The position numbers and the translations under genes are program-made. From an uncultured candidate division Zixibacteria bacterium (GTDB lineage Bacteria > Zixibacteria > MSB-5A5 > UBA10806 > 4484-95): a stretch of 64,000 nucleotides of DNA. Numbering within the stretch: the first letter of the stretch is position 1; each line of letters opens with the position of its first letter. The stretch spans positions 512,001 to 576,000 of the forward strand of contig CAXXKA010000006.1 of the NCBI GenBank assembly GCA_963668625.2, read 5' to 3'. The notes beneath the pieces were generated by a model, which searched no databases, had not been told where the DNA came from, and worked only from the letters and a program-made list of their open reading frames with translations. Below are positions 40,743-50,870 of the stretch, one piece after another.

Positions 40743-43154
40743 TTATTTAGTGATCCCGTTAGAACCCGGCACGAGTTCCTCGCGCGTTAGCTGTTTTAGT
40801 ACTGCCTCCCAGCCGGACATCTTAACCGCTCTCTGGCGCGCTATCGTGCGAATCTGCTTGTATTCCTCGGGACGGTTCATGACCAGGTCGTTCATATCGA
40901 GTATCGCATTAACCCAGCTATCGAGTTTGAGAGCCGGTAACACCGAACCCGTTTTACCATCCTCGATTATCTCTTTCGGGCCACCCTGATCGGAGACTAT
41001 AGCGGGCAACTCGCAGCACTGTGCCTCGAGTACCGCCATGCCGTAAGTGTCGGTAATGCTGGGAAATACCAGTGTATGAGCCTGGGAATATATCATCGGC
41101 ATCGTTTCGTTAGGCAGGCGGCCGGTGAATACGACGCGTTTGTCGTTTAAAGCTGCTTTCATCTCCTCGAGATAAGGCCCGCTGCCGGCAACGATGAGGT
41201 TGATATCATCACACTGTTTCCTGACCTCGCGATAGACGTTGATCAAAAATTCGAGGTTCTTGTCTTTTGATACGCGCCCCACATAAATCAGGTTTAAGCC
41301 GTCGGGCAGGTGAAGATTAGAGCCGTTCCATTTCTCCGGCGGATGGTAGGCGAAAATATCGTTGTCAAGGTGGCGGGGGAATATACTCATCTTGCTACGG
41401 TCGAGCCCGCGCTCCTCGAGAATATCCATATACGATTCGGTAGGAACCTTGATCTCATCCATGATAGAGTAATACCAGCGCGAATAGCCCTCCATCGCCT
41501 CGACTATATTATCCTCCTCGACCAGTTCATCGAGTTCCATCGAAAAATCGGTGTGGTATATGCCGGTTAGCGGAATCGAAAATAGCTTAGCTGTTATTAC
41601 GCCCAGCATTCCGATCGGTCCGGGGGTCGATACGAAAATCTCATCCGGCTCGTATTCGTTTATCTCTCTTAACGCCTTGAGAATCGAGGGAACTTTGAAC
41701 TTGTATTGGTTGTAGTATGGTATTTCGAAATGATAACAGGTTTTTAAATTCATCACGTTCGGCGGGAGTTCATCGCTTAACTCATCCTCTAAAAGCGCGA
41801 CCGCGAAACGTACGTTGATATCATTGGCCCAGAATTTCCAACCGAGTTTCTTGAGAGTGACCGTGACCCCGTTTAACTCGCTGAAAGTGTCGGAGAACCA
41901 GAGTATCTTTTTGTCGGATTTTATAGGAATCGATTTTTCCACCTTGCTTATCAGGGGACGGTCGTCGTTTGAGTTTTTCAAACTGGAGAAAAACGGAACG
42001 AGCAAAAATAGCGCCGGCAGTATGGAGGAGATATCGGCAACGATCTTATCGAAATTTCCATTCGTCAGATTTTTCCTGAGCGCGTCGATATGCTTGGCGA
42101 TAACCTCATCGGATATTTCGCTTACCTTGGCGTAAAATAAATCGAGGTTCTTATCTATCGAGGATGCTTCCTGTTTCCTGATCTCCTCGATCAATTCCGC
42201 CAGGTGGCGCTTGACACTGTTCGAGCTGTCCGTTTTCAGCATGGCCAAACTGAAACGATCCATAAGCGAGGGTTTTCTCTCGCTGAAAATGAAATCGAGC
42301 AAATTGTACAGGGGGAGCGCCGTGTTTATCTGACGGCTTTTATTTTTGGAAAACTCTAAGGCAACTTTGTATACAGTGAACACCAGGCCCGTGAAATCTC
42401 CGGACCTGCCCTCGGCGAATGATTTACCTGTTCGGATTTGCGTCAGGAAATCATCGGCGGCAGTGGCGTTTGCCAGGGTATATGTTTTACCGATATGTAG
42501 CCCGGCATGATCATCCGAACCCCCGGTAAAGCTTTTGGCCCAGGAATCATCGGAGATGGGGATTATCCCGTGTTTTTGTTGAAGCTCGTGGAATTTATCC
42601 CGGTTGAGGTGTTTTAGATATTGATACCAGACATTGTTGCCCGCCCGCCCTCGGGCGCCGTTAATCGTTTCGAACACATCGAACAATAATGACAGTTTCT
42701 CCAGATGATTGATACTCAGCTTGCCATCCACGGAGGAAAGGCCGTGAGCGACTGAATATGTCAGGCCCTGGTCTACTACGTATTCGCGAAGAGTATAGAT
42801 ATTTCGGCGGATATTTTGTATCTCCTCGAATTGAGACGGAGTCAAGCCGTATATCAGCAGATGTATCTTACAATTGTCCTCCGGGAAATAGGTGGTTGTC
42901 TCGACCCCGGTGAAAGCATCACTGTATTTCTCCGCCAGTTTCAGCGAGCCCTCGATTTCGTTGTGGTCGGTAATGGTTACGAAATTCATACTTCGTTCTT
43001 TAGCCATCTGGTAGATGGTCTCGGGTTCGGTATATGATTCCGACGTGCCCATTTTTTTCAAAAACCACTCTGAGGGACGGTTGGAATATTTACTGTGGCA
43101 ATGTAAATCAGCTTTAGCCATGTCCTGTTGCCTTTTCACTTGTAATGTTTTCAC
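40743..43154 (-). CDS. PHP-domain + GT4 glycosyltransferase fusion
   Basis: DLHCHS, TITDHN, GGSDDH (PHP metal ligands); YHTD, YVGRVSKDKN, FPSITDTYGMAVLEAQ (GT4). Confidence 0.88.
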   Translation of the reverse strand: MKTLQVKRQQDMAKADLHCHSKYSNRPSEWFLKKMGTSESYTEPETIYQMAKERSMNFVTITDHNEIEGSLKLAEKYSDAFTGVETTTYFPEDNCKIHLLIYGLTPSQFEEIQNIRRNIYTLREYVVDQGLTYSVAHGLSSVDGKLSINHLEKLSLLFDVFETINGARGRAGNNVWYQYLKHLNRDKFHELQQKHGIIPISDDSWAKSFTGGSDDHAGLHIGKTYTLANATAADDFLTQIRTGKSFAEGRSGDFTGLVFTVYKVALEFSKNKSRQINTALPLYNLLDFIFSERKPSLMDRFSLAMLKTDSSNSVKRHLAELIEEIRKQEASSIDKNLDLFYAKVSEISDEVIAKHIDALRKNLTNGNFDKIVADISSILPALFLLVPFFSSLKNSNDDRPLISKVEKSIPIKSDKKILWFSDTFSELNGVTVTLKKLGWKFWANDINVRFAVALLEDELSDELPPNVMNLKTCYHFEIPYYNQYKFKVPSILKALREINEYEPDEIFVSTPGPIGMLGVITAKLFSIPLTGIYHTDFSMELDELVEEDNIVEAMEGYSRWYYSIMDEIKVPTESYMDILEERGLDRSKMSIFPRHLDNDIFAYHPPEKWNGSNLHLPDGLNLIYVGRVSKDKNLEFLINVYREVRKQCDDINLIVAGSGPYLEEMKAALNDKRVVFTGRLPNETMPMIYSQAHTLVFPSITDTYGMAVLEAQCCELPAIVSDQGGPKEIIEDGKTGSVLPALKLDSWVNAILDMNDLVMNRPEEYKQIRTIARQRAVKMSGWEAVLKQLTREELVPGSNGITK

Positions 43155-43687
43155 CGATGAACTTCTATTCCCGCTTAAGATACATGGGATAACTTAATGC
43201 AAGAACCGTTCACTATCAATATAATTTTTAACACCGAGTACATGGTACGGTTCCTTTTGTTAAACTAGAATTCAAGTTGAACTAATTAATCATTAAACCT
43301 TACATTAATAAGTATATGGGTATATGTTTAAATAGTTCAGGTCAAAAGATATGTAAATGAAATGTTTTGATTGAGTTAATAGCTCCATGTTAACCATAAT
43401 ACATTTATATTGACAATGCGACATATAAGTATAAATTTGTATGATTAGCTGAAAATGAATTGGCTGTTCGGACAATAATTACGGAGTTAAGAGTAATGTT
43501 TGATCATTTTCGCAATATCGAGGTATAACCAACAAGCCCATAATGTTCACGCTCGAATTTTAAAATGTTAAACCAAGCTAAATTCGGGTAAATTGTCCTG
43601 TGGATCATTATCGGAAAAACAGGCGGCTAAAGAGCAAGTGCAAGAAAGTATGAATCGAAAACAAGCAAAATTAAATAGGAGAGAAGT

Positions 43688-44257
43688 GTGAGAAAATTAG
43701 CAACATTATCATTGATTCTGGTTTTCATCATTAGTTCATTGACTATGGCTCAGTTCAAAGAGGGACAGAAAGCCCCTGATTTTACTTTACCTGATCTGGA
43801 TGGCAATTATGTCACTTTATCTGAAATAGTCGGCGATGGCCCCGTTTATATCAATTTCTGGGCAACCTGGTGCGGTCCGTGTAAAAAAGAGATTCCACAT
43901 CTGATTGAGCTATACCACGAATATCAGGATCGCGGCTTCAAGGTGCTGGCAATTTCCACGGATAACGCCAGAACCGCTGGTAAGGTAAGAGCTTTCGTAA
44001 AAGATCGCGGCATGGATTTCACTATTTTGCTCGATAGCAGTAAAGAGGTATTCGGTCGTAAATATAAAGGTCGGGGTATCCCATATGGATTCCTGATCGA
44101 TAACGACGGTAATATCGTTTATTCCGCCCGTGGTTTCATGCCTGGCCTGGATAAAATCATAGAAGAAAAAATGATGCCCTATTTGCAGAGTGATTCCGAG
44201 GAAAGTGGTTCGGAAGCTGAGGGAGAAGAGATCGAAGGGGAATCCGAGGAAAAATAG
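43688..44257 (+). CDS. TlpA/ResA-like periplasmic thiol-disulfide oxidoreductase
   Basis: Signal; APDFTL; INFWATWCGPC; GIP..FLID..G; acidic tail. Confidence 0.93.
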   Translation: MRKLATLSLILVFIISSLTMAQFKEGQKAPDFTLPDLDGNYVTLSEIVGDGPVYINFWATWCGPCKKEIPHLIELYHEYQDRGFKVLAISTDNARTAGKVRAFVKDRGMDFTILLDSSKEVFGRKYKGRGIPYGFLIDNDGNIVYSARGFMPGLDKIIEEKMMPYLQSDSEESGSEAEGEEIEGESEEK

Positions 44258-44287
44258 CAGTTATTAACTATAGCAGTAGAGTAGGGA

Positions 44288-45850
44288 ATGAAAAAAACAT
44301 ATCTGTGTCTTCTATTAACGGGGATTGCACTTATCTCTCTGGCATCGGAGGCGTTTGCCTGGGGAGATGACTGGTACGTGTCCGCGGCGAATTACGGCCG
44401 CTATTATCATTTCAAGGAAACAGCCACCGACTCGGCGGCAACGAGATTTCAGTACGATATTTACATGGGGGATTTCTATTCCGGAGGTTGGTACGAGGTC
44501 AAGCATGTCATGAACGAGACCGGCTTTACCTCCACCGAAAATGAGTTAACCAGGCGCTATTTCGGCTGGGAAAACAACGATTTGACAGTGCATGTCGGTC
44601 ATTTCTACGAGGTGTACGACCGGGGGCTGGTTCTGAATACGTTCCGGGATGATGAGGTAAGCGTCGACCTGGTGTTGGACGGTATTAAACTTAACTGGCG
44701 CAAGAAATATTTTGATCTCGACTTTTTATCCGCCGTCCAAAACAGTGACGCTACATTCCGGCCTATTATTCGTGGCGCGCACGGTAAGTTGAAACCTTTA
44801 AATATGTTCCATTTTGGCGGCGCTTATGTTTCCTATATAGGTATAGATAATAATCGCCAGAATATCAGCCAGGTAAATCAGCGATTCATGCTGGATTTCC
44901 TCGATATTTACGCTGAGTATGCCCGTCGCAAATACGATATTATAGATATATTCGATCCCACTATTAAAGAGTCAAAAACAGGGGATGCTCTCTACGTGAA
45001 TTCTACCGCCTATTATTCTTATTTCTCGGCCTTATTCGAGTATAAAAATTATTACGATATGCTCTATCCCTCGGGCGGCAATCTCAATACGCCGCCGGCT
45101 GTTAATCCGCAGGATAGATTGCTTTCTACGGAGGCCGCTAACGTGTTTAATCCCATAAAAGGTGAACGCGGTTATCGCCTCAATCTCGGATTCGCGTTGA
45201 ATGATTACTGGGGCGCCGAATTCGATTATTCGGCGGCTAAAAGCAGATCGCCTGAAACGGTGGAGAGTAGCGAGCTGTTCGCCGAAATCAGGGGTAGCCT
45301 TCTGGATGACAGGATGTCGTTCAAAGCCGGGATCGATTTTTTCGATTTCTCGTTTAAGGATTCTTACGATTCTGTTTATGTCGATACCTTTCCGCCGGTT
45401 TATATCGCCGGTGGGCCGGTCAAATTCGAACGAAACGAGATCAAACCGGAATTCGATATCGAATACCTGTTCGATGATTATCATTCTATCGAACTCGACG
45501 CTTATTTGATAAAATACGATTATAAAGTGCCCTCCATGCCGAATGAACTGCCTGACTCGCTTGAAACTCACAGTATGGCCGACTCATCAGATTTTACCGA
45601 GAAATTCCTGAACCTGACATTTTCACGTATACCGAGTTTCAGGTTAACGATCGGCGGCAGTCTCTCGGATAAAGATCCCTCGCCCGATCCTGATAATATG
45701 GCTTTCATCGAGGTCTCTTATATCTGGGGTAATCATGAGTTGATCGTGTTCCAGGGCGAGCAGCGAGGCGGACTCGTATGTTCTGGTGGTGTTTGTTCTT
45801 TCCACCCGACATTTAAAGGATTAAGAGTAACCTTGCTGAGTCGTCTATAA
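44288..45850 (+). CDS. Outer membrane beta-barrel with C-terminal CxxxxC motif (DUF6029-like)
   Basis: Signal; VGHFYEVYDRGLVL, EYKNY and NTPP motifs; C-terminal QRGGLVCSGGVCSFHPTFKGLRVTL. Confidence 0.7.
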   Translation: MKKTYLCLLLTGIALISLASEAFAWGDDWYVSAANYGRYYHFKETATDSAATRFQYDIYMGDFYSGGWYEVKHVMNETGFTSTENELTRRYFGWENNDLTVHVGHFYEVYDRGLVLNTFRDDEVSVDLVLDGIKLNWRKKYFDLDFLSAVQNSDATFRPIIRGAHGKLKPLNMFHFGGAYVSYIGIDNNRQNISQVNQRFMLDFLDIYAEYARRKYDIIDIFDPTIKESKTGDALYVNSTAYYSYFSALFEYKNYYDMLYPSGGNLNTPPAVNPQDRLLSTEAANVFNPIKGERGYRLNLGFALNDYWGAEFDYSAAKSRSPETVESSELFAEIRGSLLDDRMSFKAGIDFFDFSFKDSYDSVYVDTFPPVYIAGGPVKFERNEIKPEFDIEYLFDDYHSIELDAYLIKYDYKVPSMPNELPDSLETHSMADSSDFTEKFLNLTFSRIPSFRLTIGGSLSDKDPSPDPDNMAFIEVSYIWGNHELIVFQGEQRGGLVCSGGVCSFHPTFKGLRVTLLSRL

Positions 45851-45995
45851 TATATGTGATGATTGCCTGACGAATCATCATGTCAGGAACCTTTATATAT
45901 TATAATACAGTTACAGTAAACGACTGTTAAGTGATGATCTTTTATAATCTTATAACTAGCTAGCAAGTAATTGTAGGTTCTATGCTAATTAGGAG

Positions 45996-46023
45996 TTGAC
46001 AAATTCGACAAACAGGTTATATT
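45996..46023 (+). promoter_or_regulatory. sigma70-like promoter of the first Omp28-like gene
   Basis: TTGACA-N16-TATATT. Confidence 0.55.
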
Positions 46024-46084
46024 AGACTATCTAAGATTAAGAGAGTTAGTAGGTTACAAAAATAGATGAATGGAAGGATTTAAA

Positions 46085-47152
46085 ATGAATAGAGTGAAAG
46101 GGTTAGCGGTAGCTGCCGGATTGTTTTGTCTAGTATTGACCAGTGGAGCAGTAGCCAGTGACAGAATGGTGTTGGTTGAGATGTACACTAACACATCATG
46201 CACGTATTGCCCGCCTGCTGAAACTGCTTTAGATGGTATAGCCGATAATTATCCCGACACTGTAGTTGCGATCAGGTATCATACCTGGTGGCCTGGTGCT
46301 AGTGATCCTTATTACACTTATAACACCTCGGAGAATAGAACCAGGACAAACTATTATGGAGTTGCCCAACAGGGTGTTCCGGCTGTCAGGGTTGATGGTT
46401 TCATAGATGCCAATTATTCGGCACTCTGGAATATCGTATCAAACCGTTATCACATGGAAGCACCGATAGAACTTAACCTTAGCGGTACTTATAATCAAAC
46501 ATCCAATACCGGAACTCTAAACGTAGAGATAGTGGCTACTGATTTAGCATATTTCGAGGAATTATATCTTCGCTGTGCCATAACCGAATCGGATCTGTAC
46601 TATTCAGCTCCTAATGGCGTTACTTGGCATCATCAGACTATGAGGGATATGGTTCCCAACGCAACGGGTACCTCGGTTGAGATCGAATATGGGGAGACAG
46701 TGAACGTATCGTTACCGTTTTCTGCGCCGGCGCCGCTTAATGTGGATAATCTCGAACTGGTTGTTTGGCTTCAGACAGATTTTTTCCAGACCCTTGAGGT
46801 ATATCAAGCCGCACGTATTAAGCCATCCGAACTTGTTAGAGTAAGCGTGGATGATGAACCGGTATCATTGCCTGAGTCATTCACTTTAAGTCAGAATTAT
46901 CCCAATCCGTTCAACGCAACAACCAATATCTCGTACTCTCTAGAAAACCAGACCTCTGTCGATCTGGCAGTCTATGATCTTTCCGGACGCAAGGTCGCTC
47001 AGTTAGTTAATAGCGTACAAGGCGCTGGTGAGCATAGAGTTGTTTGGAATGCTCTGGATAATGATGGCGATGCTGTTGCCACTGGTATCTATTTTTACAG
47101 ACTAAAAACTGATACTGAAAATACTACAAAGAGAATGGTATTATTGAAATAA
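46085..47152 (+). CDS. Omp28-related thioredoxin-fold protein (CTYC) with T9SS/FlgD CTD, paralog 1
   Basis: Signal; RMVLVEMYTNTSCTYCPPA, YHTWWP, GVP, HHQTMRDM; SQNYPNPFN..GIYFYRL..KRMVLLK. Confidence 0.85.
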   Translation: MNRVKGLAVAAGLFCLVLTSGAVASDRMVLVEMYTNTSCTYCPPAETALDGIADNYPDTVVAIRYHTWWPGASDPYYTYNTSENRTRTNYYGVAQQGVPAVRVDGFIDANYSALWNIVSNRYHMEAPIELNLSGTYNQTSNTGTLNVEIVATDLAYFEELYLRCAITESDLYYSAPNGVTWHHQTMRDMVPNATGTSVEIEYGETVNVSLPFSAPAPLNVDNLELVVWLQTDFFQTLEVYQAARIKPSELVRVSVDDEPVSLPESFTLSQNYPNPFNATTNISYSLENQTSVDLAVYDLSGRKVAQLVNSVQGAGEHRVVWNALDNDGDAVATGIYFYRLKTDTENTTKRMVLLK

Positions 47153-47174
47153 GAGTTTTTTTAAAAAAGAATAT

Positions 47175-47201
47175 AAGCGGGTTTATCAGCCCGCTTTTTT
47201 T
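47175..47201 (+). terminator. Intrinsic terminator
   Basis: AAGCGGG-TTTATCAG-CCCGCTT followed by a T tract. Confidence 0.75.
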
Positions 47202-47216
47202 ATATGAATATGTTCG

Positions 47217-47244
47217 TTGACAACATTGTAATAAATGGTATATT
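47217..47244 (+). promoter_or_regulatory. sigma70-like promoter of Omp28-like paralogs 2 and 3
   Basis: TTGACA-N16-TATATT. Confidence 0.55.
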
Positions 47245-47302
47245 TAGGAAAATAAGGGACTGCCTTAAATTAGATATTGATATAGAGGAAAGGATGTTCA
47301 AG

Positions 47303-48355
47303 ATGAGGATAAAGGTTATTTTTATATTTCTAGCATTATTGTTTATTTCCGGGGCAGCCAATGCCACACAACGCCTGGTATTATGCGAAAAATATACTAA
47401 TACCTCATGTGGCCCATGTTATAACGCCAACCAGACCATGGATCAACTTATCGCCGCTTATCCCGATCATATGGCGGTGATTCGGTATCATGTTGATTGG
47501 CCCTCGGACTTGGATCCTTTCTATCTGTACAATCCGAGCGAAAATGGTATTCGAACGAATTATTACGGCATAGGCTCCGTGCCTCACCTGCAGGTGGGAG
47601 GTATTCATGATGCCGGTTCGCATACTCAGTACTGGAGCGTGATTTCGAATCGCTATACCGTGCCCTCGGCACTGGAGATAGTAATCGATGGTACTTTCAA
47701 TGAATCATCCCGAACCGGTAATCTCAGTGTCACGGCCACGGCTACGGATGCTATTTCACTCGAGGGCTTGTTCCTGAGGGTAGTCCTTACCGAATCTGGT
47801 ATCCCGTTCAATGCGCCTAATGGTATCAATTATCACCATCAGACAATGCGTTATATGTTCCCGTATTCGCTTGGAACGAGAGTGTATTTAACTAATCCCG
47901 GTGATGTTGCGGAAGTGGAGCTTGATATCTGGGCGCCTGAGCCGTTGAATTTGGAAAATTGTGAGCTGGTGGCTTTCGTGCAGTCGGAGTCGAATCGAGA
48001 GGTACTGCAGGCAGCGAAATTACCCCTGATGGGCCTGACTTTAGTAGATATCGAGGATGAGCAGGTCGAGTTGCCAACTGATTTCCGTTTAGAGCAGAAT
48101 TACCCAAACCCGTTTAATGCCGGTACGGTAATCAGCTATCGGTTGTCATCGGATAGCCCCGTTGAGCTTACCATTTATGATATTTTAGGCAAGAAAATCA
48201 TGACTTTAATCGATGAAAATCAGGCTGCAGGCCATTATAGTGTTAACTGGAATGGCTTAGATAGTGATGGTAAATCAGTGGCCAGCGGTGTATACTTATA
48301 CAGGTTGAAATCCGAGGGGAGAAGCCAGAGCAAACGGATGATGCTGGTGAAATAA
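47303..48355 (+). CDS. Omp28-related thioredoxin-fold protein (CGPC) with T9SS/FlgD CTD, paralog 2
   Basis: Signal; RLVLCEKYTNTSCGPCYNA, YHVDWP, SVP, HHQTMR; QNYPNPFN..KRMMLVK. Start is 47294 or 47303. Confidence 0.85.
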   Translation: MRIKVIFIFLALLFISGAANATQRLVLCEKYTNTSCGPCYNANQTMDQLIAAYPDHMAVIRYHVDWPSDLDPFYLYNPSENGIRTNYYGIGSVPHLQVGGIHDAGSHTQYWSVISNRYTVPSALEIVIDGTFNESSRTGNLSVTATATDAISLEGLFLRVVLTESGIPFNAPNGINYHHQTMRYMFPYSLGTRVYLTNPGDVAEVELDIWAPEPLNLENCELVAFVQSESNREVLQAAKLPLMGLTLVDIEDEQVELPTDFRLEQNYPNPFNAGTVISYRLSSDSPVELTIYDILGKKIMTLIDENQAAGHYSVNWNGLDSDGKSVASGVYLYRLKSEGRSQSKRMMLVK

Positions 48356-48380
48356 TAATAGCAAAAGCTTTGGAGGTTTT

Positions 48381-49445
48381 ATGAAACATGGCTTTCGAGT
48401 ATCAATAGTATCATTGGCAATGATACTTGCCTTAAGCTTCTCTGCCGATGCCGCACGGCGGCTGGTTATTTTTGAAAATCAAACATCCACAGGCTGAGGT
48501 GGTTGTCACGGCGCTGATCTGGTCTTAGATCAGCTTTATGATGCAAATTCCAATTTATTCGTGCCAATCACGTATCATAGTGGTGATATATTCTGGCAGT
48601 ACAATCAAGATGACAATACCAACAGAATATACTATTACCCACCTCATGGCGATGGCAGTTACTATACTCCTTATGCCTGGATTGATGGATGTGTACGTGG
48701 TGGTTACACTTACAGTAGCTGGTGGGCGCTAACCAACCCACGGGTGGAGTTGGGGGCGCCCCTGGATATAACGCTCGAGGGGACTTACGATATTGATGCG
48801 AAAACCGGTAATCTTCATATAAGCATTTACGCCGAGGAAGCTATCACGCTTCAGAGCTTGAAACTCAGGGTAGCCCTGACCGAGGATAGCATCTATTATT
48901 CAGCCCCTAATGGTACTATGTATCACAACTACACTTTAAGGGATATGATCCCGAACGCCGCCGGCGAGGCAATCTCGATCAGCCAGGGGCAGACTCTCGA
49001 GTTCGATAAAGCTTTTGCGCTCGGTAATACGCCGGTACCGCATTTCTGCAGACTCGTGGTTTGGGTTCAAACCGATTCCGAAAACCTGGAGATTTTACAG
49101 GGAGCGGCTATCGATATCGAGGAGTTGGATGACGGTACGGGTATCGATGACAAAGTCGAGCTTCCCCGGAAATTCAGTTTAGCTCAGAACTATCCCAATC
49201 CATTTAATGCCGGTACACTCATAGGCTACGATCTTAAAGTAGATAGCCATGTCGAACTGTGCATTTACGATATCCTGGGCAAGAAAATAGCCACCCTGGT
49301 TAATAACGAACAATTCGCCGGGGAGAAGCAGATAACCTGGAACGGATTCGATGATGAAGGTCGGTCTGTCGCCAGCGGTGTTTATTTCTACAAGCTCTCC
49401 GCTGACGGTATTTCGGAAACCAGGCAAATGATGCTGGTGAAATAA
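48381..49445 (+). CDS. Omp28-related thioredoxin-fold selenoprotein (UGGC, Sec at codon 39) with T9SS/FlgD CTD, paralog 3
   Basis: GGAGG RBS + ATG 48381; signal peptide; RRLVIFENQTSTG-TGA-GGCHGAD in frame with ORF 48561..49445. The TGA at 48495 aligns with the first Cys of the paralog CxxC; SECIS-like hairpin follows. Confidence 0.85.
48498..48534 (+). promoter_or_regulatory. Candidate bacterial SECIS element
   Basis: Perfect 8-bp stem GCTGATCT (48513-48520) / AGATCAGC (48527-48534) with loop GGTCTT starting with G, 23 nt after the UGA. Confidence 0.75.
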
Positions 49446-49469
49446 CAATTTAATGATATGGATAATGCG

Positions 49470-49497
49470 AGCGAGTCGGAAACGGCTCGCTTTTTTT
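49470..49497 (+). terminator. Intrinsic terminator
   Basis: AGCGAGTCG-GAAA-CGGCTCGCT followed by a T tract. Confidence 0.8.
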
Positions 49498-49586
49498 GTA
49501 GGCGGCACATGTCCCCGTGTGTCCCTTAGCAGAAAATGTGAGGTGGTAAATGCACCAGACGAAGAAGTATGCCAGCCACGGAATAG

Positions 49587-49619
49587 AAAGCCATCGGGCC
49601 TGCGGTCGGTGAAAGTTTA
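49587..49619 (+). repeat. Isolated copy of the IS200/IS605-like right-end motif
   Basis: AAAGCCATCGGGCCTGCGGTCGGTGAAAGTTTA resembles 34426-34458 and 62853-62884. Confidence 0.45.
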
Positions 49620-50789
49620 TTCTACGATAATACGGGGAAGGTAATGGGGCAAGCGAGCAAGTACTTCGTAGTTCTGGAATCTGGATAAATCGGAAAACGA
49701 ACCCACCGTTATTTCCGACTTGCATTGTTTGCCGATGATAACCACTTCATCGCCTTTTTGTATATGCTTAATGCGGGAGACATCAACCAAAACGATATGC
49801 ATGTTCACCATACCGACAACAGGCGCTCTTTTGCCGCGTATCAAGACATAACCGACATTCGAAAGACTCCGCGCGAAACCGTAGTGATAACCAACCGGTA
49901 TCGAGGCAATTCTTTGTTTCATCGAGGTGAGATATGAGGTACCGTAGCCGATGAACTCGCCGGGATTGATCTCCTTGATACTCAGGATTTTCGTTTTCCA
50001 GGACAACACACGCTTTAAAGGATCTATAAATCGTTTGGTACCGTTACTCTGATGTTTTATTATGTACTGCATACGTGTCTCGTGGCTGGGCCAGAATCCG
50101 AATTGCGCTATGCCGATCCTGACCATATCGAAACGTGTTTCTGGGTACGAGAGAGCTGCGGCCGAACAAGCGGCGTGTTTCATGCCCAGGTCGAGCCCTT
50201 GCTGCTCGAGCCATTTGCATTCGCGCTTGAACTCCTCTATCTGGTTGCTTATACGAAGGTAATTGCTGACACTTTCCGCCCCGGCGAAATGCGTGCAAAC
50301 ACCCTCTAGTTTAACGTAATGCTTATTTTGTTTGATTAATCGGGCAGTCTCAATCAATTCCTCACCCTGAAGACCGGTTCTATTCAAGCCGGTTTCAAGT
50401 TCCATGTGTACCCGGGCAGGGATATCTAATTTTTTAGCGGCATCGATAGCGGCAATTAACCTGTCGGTATCGAAGATGTAAAACGAGATATCGTTCTCTA
50501 TCGCCCAGCCCAGCTCATCGTTGTCGATTGATCCCATAATACAGATGTGGCTGTTCCCGGTTCTGCTGTTTAAGGCGGTGTAACCCTCGTAGGCGCTGAA
50601 AACGGAGAAGTGATCGATACCACATTCCTCCGCCATCGGTACGAACTGCTCGATACCGTGGCCGTAGGCGTTACCCTTAATTACCGAGGAGAATTTTATA
50701 TCCTCACCGATATGTTTCCTGATAAACTTGATGTTTTTATTGAACGCGGATTTGCTTAGTTCTATGTGAGAGGAGTGAAACATATCCAA
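49617..50789 (-). CDS. alr: Alanine racemase family protein (second copy)
   Basis: SVIKGNAYGHG, ETGLNRTG, THFAG, VRIGI, IGYG. Atypical GMVNMH in place of GRVCMD. Confidence 0.85.
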   Translation of the reverse strand: MDMFHSSHIELSKSAFNKNIKFIRKHIGEDIKFSSVIKGNAYGHGIEQFVPMAEECGIDHFSVFSAYEGYTALNSRTGNSHICIMGSIDNDELGWAIENDISFYIFDTDRLIAAIDAAKKLDIPARVHMELETGLNRTGLQGEELIETARLIKQNKHYVKLEGVCTHFAGAESVSNYLRISNQIEEFKRECKWLEQQGLDLGMKHAACSAAALSYPETRFDMVRIGIAQFGFWPSHETRMQYIIKHQSNGTKRFIDPLKRVLSWKTKILSIKEINPGEFIGYGTSYLTSMKQRIASIPVGYHYGFARSLSNVGYVLIRGKRAPVVGMVNMHIVLVDVSRIKHIQKGDEVVIIGKQCKSEITVGSFSDLSRFQNYEVLARLPHYLPRIIVE

Positions 50790-50870
50790 TAGTCCTGACA
50801 GTTTTTAATCTGGTATTATCGTATTGCTAATATGATTGTCGGACATATGCTATTGTGTTTTACAAATTTA

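Noticed and set aside
48561-49445. ORF-track start at 48561 (294 aa)
   Set aside because: It lacks the signal peptide and redox motif present in both paralogs. The upstream in-frame ATG at 48381 with an RBS restores both through a single TGA.
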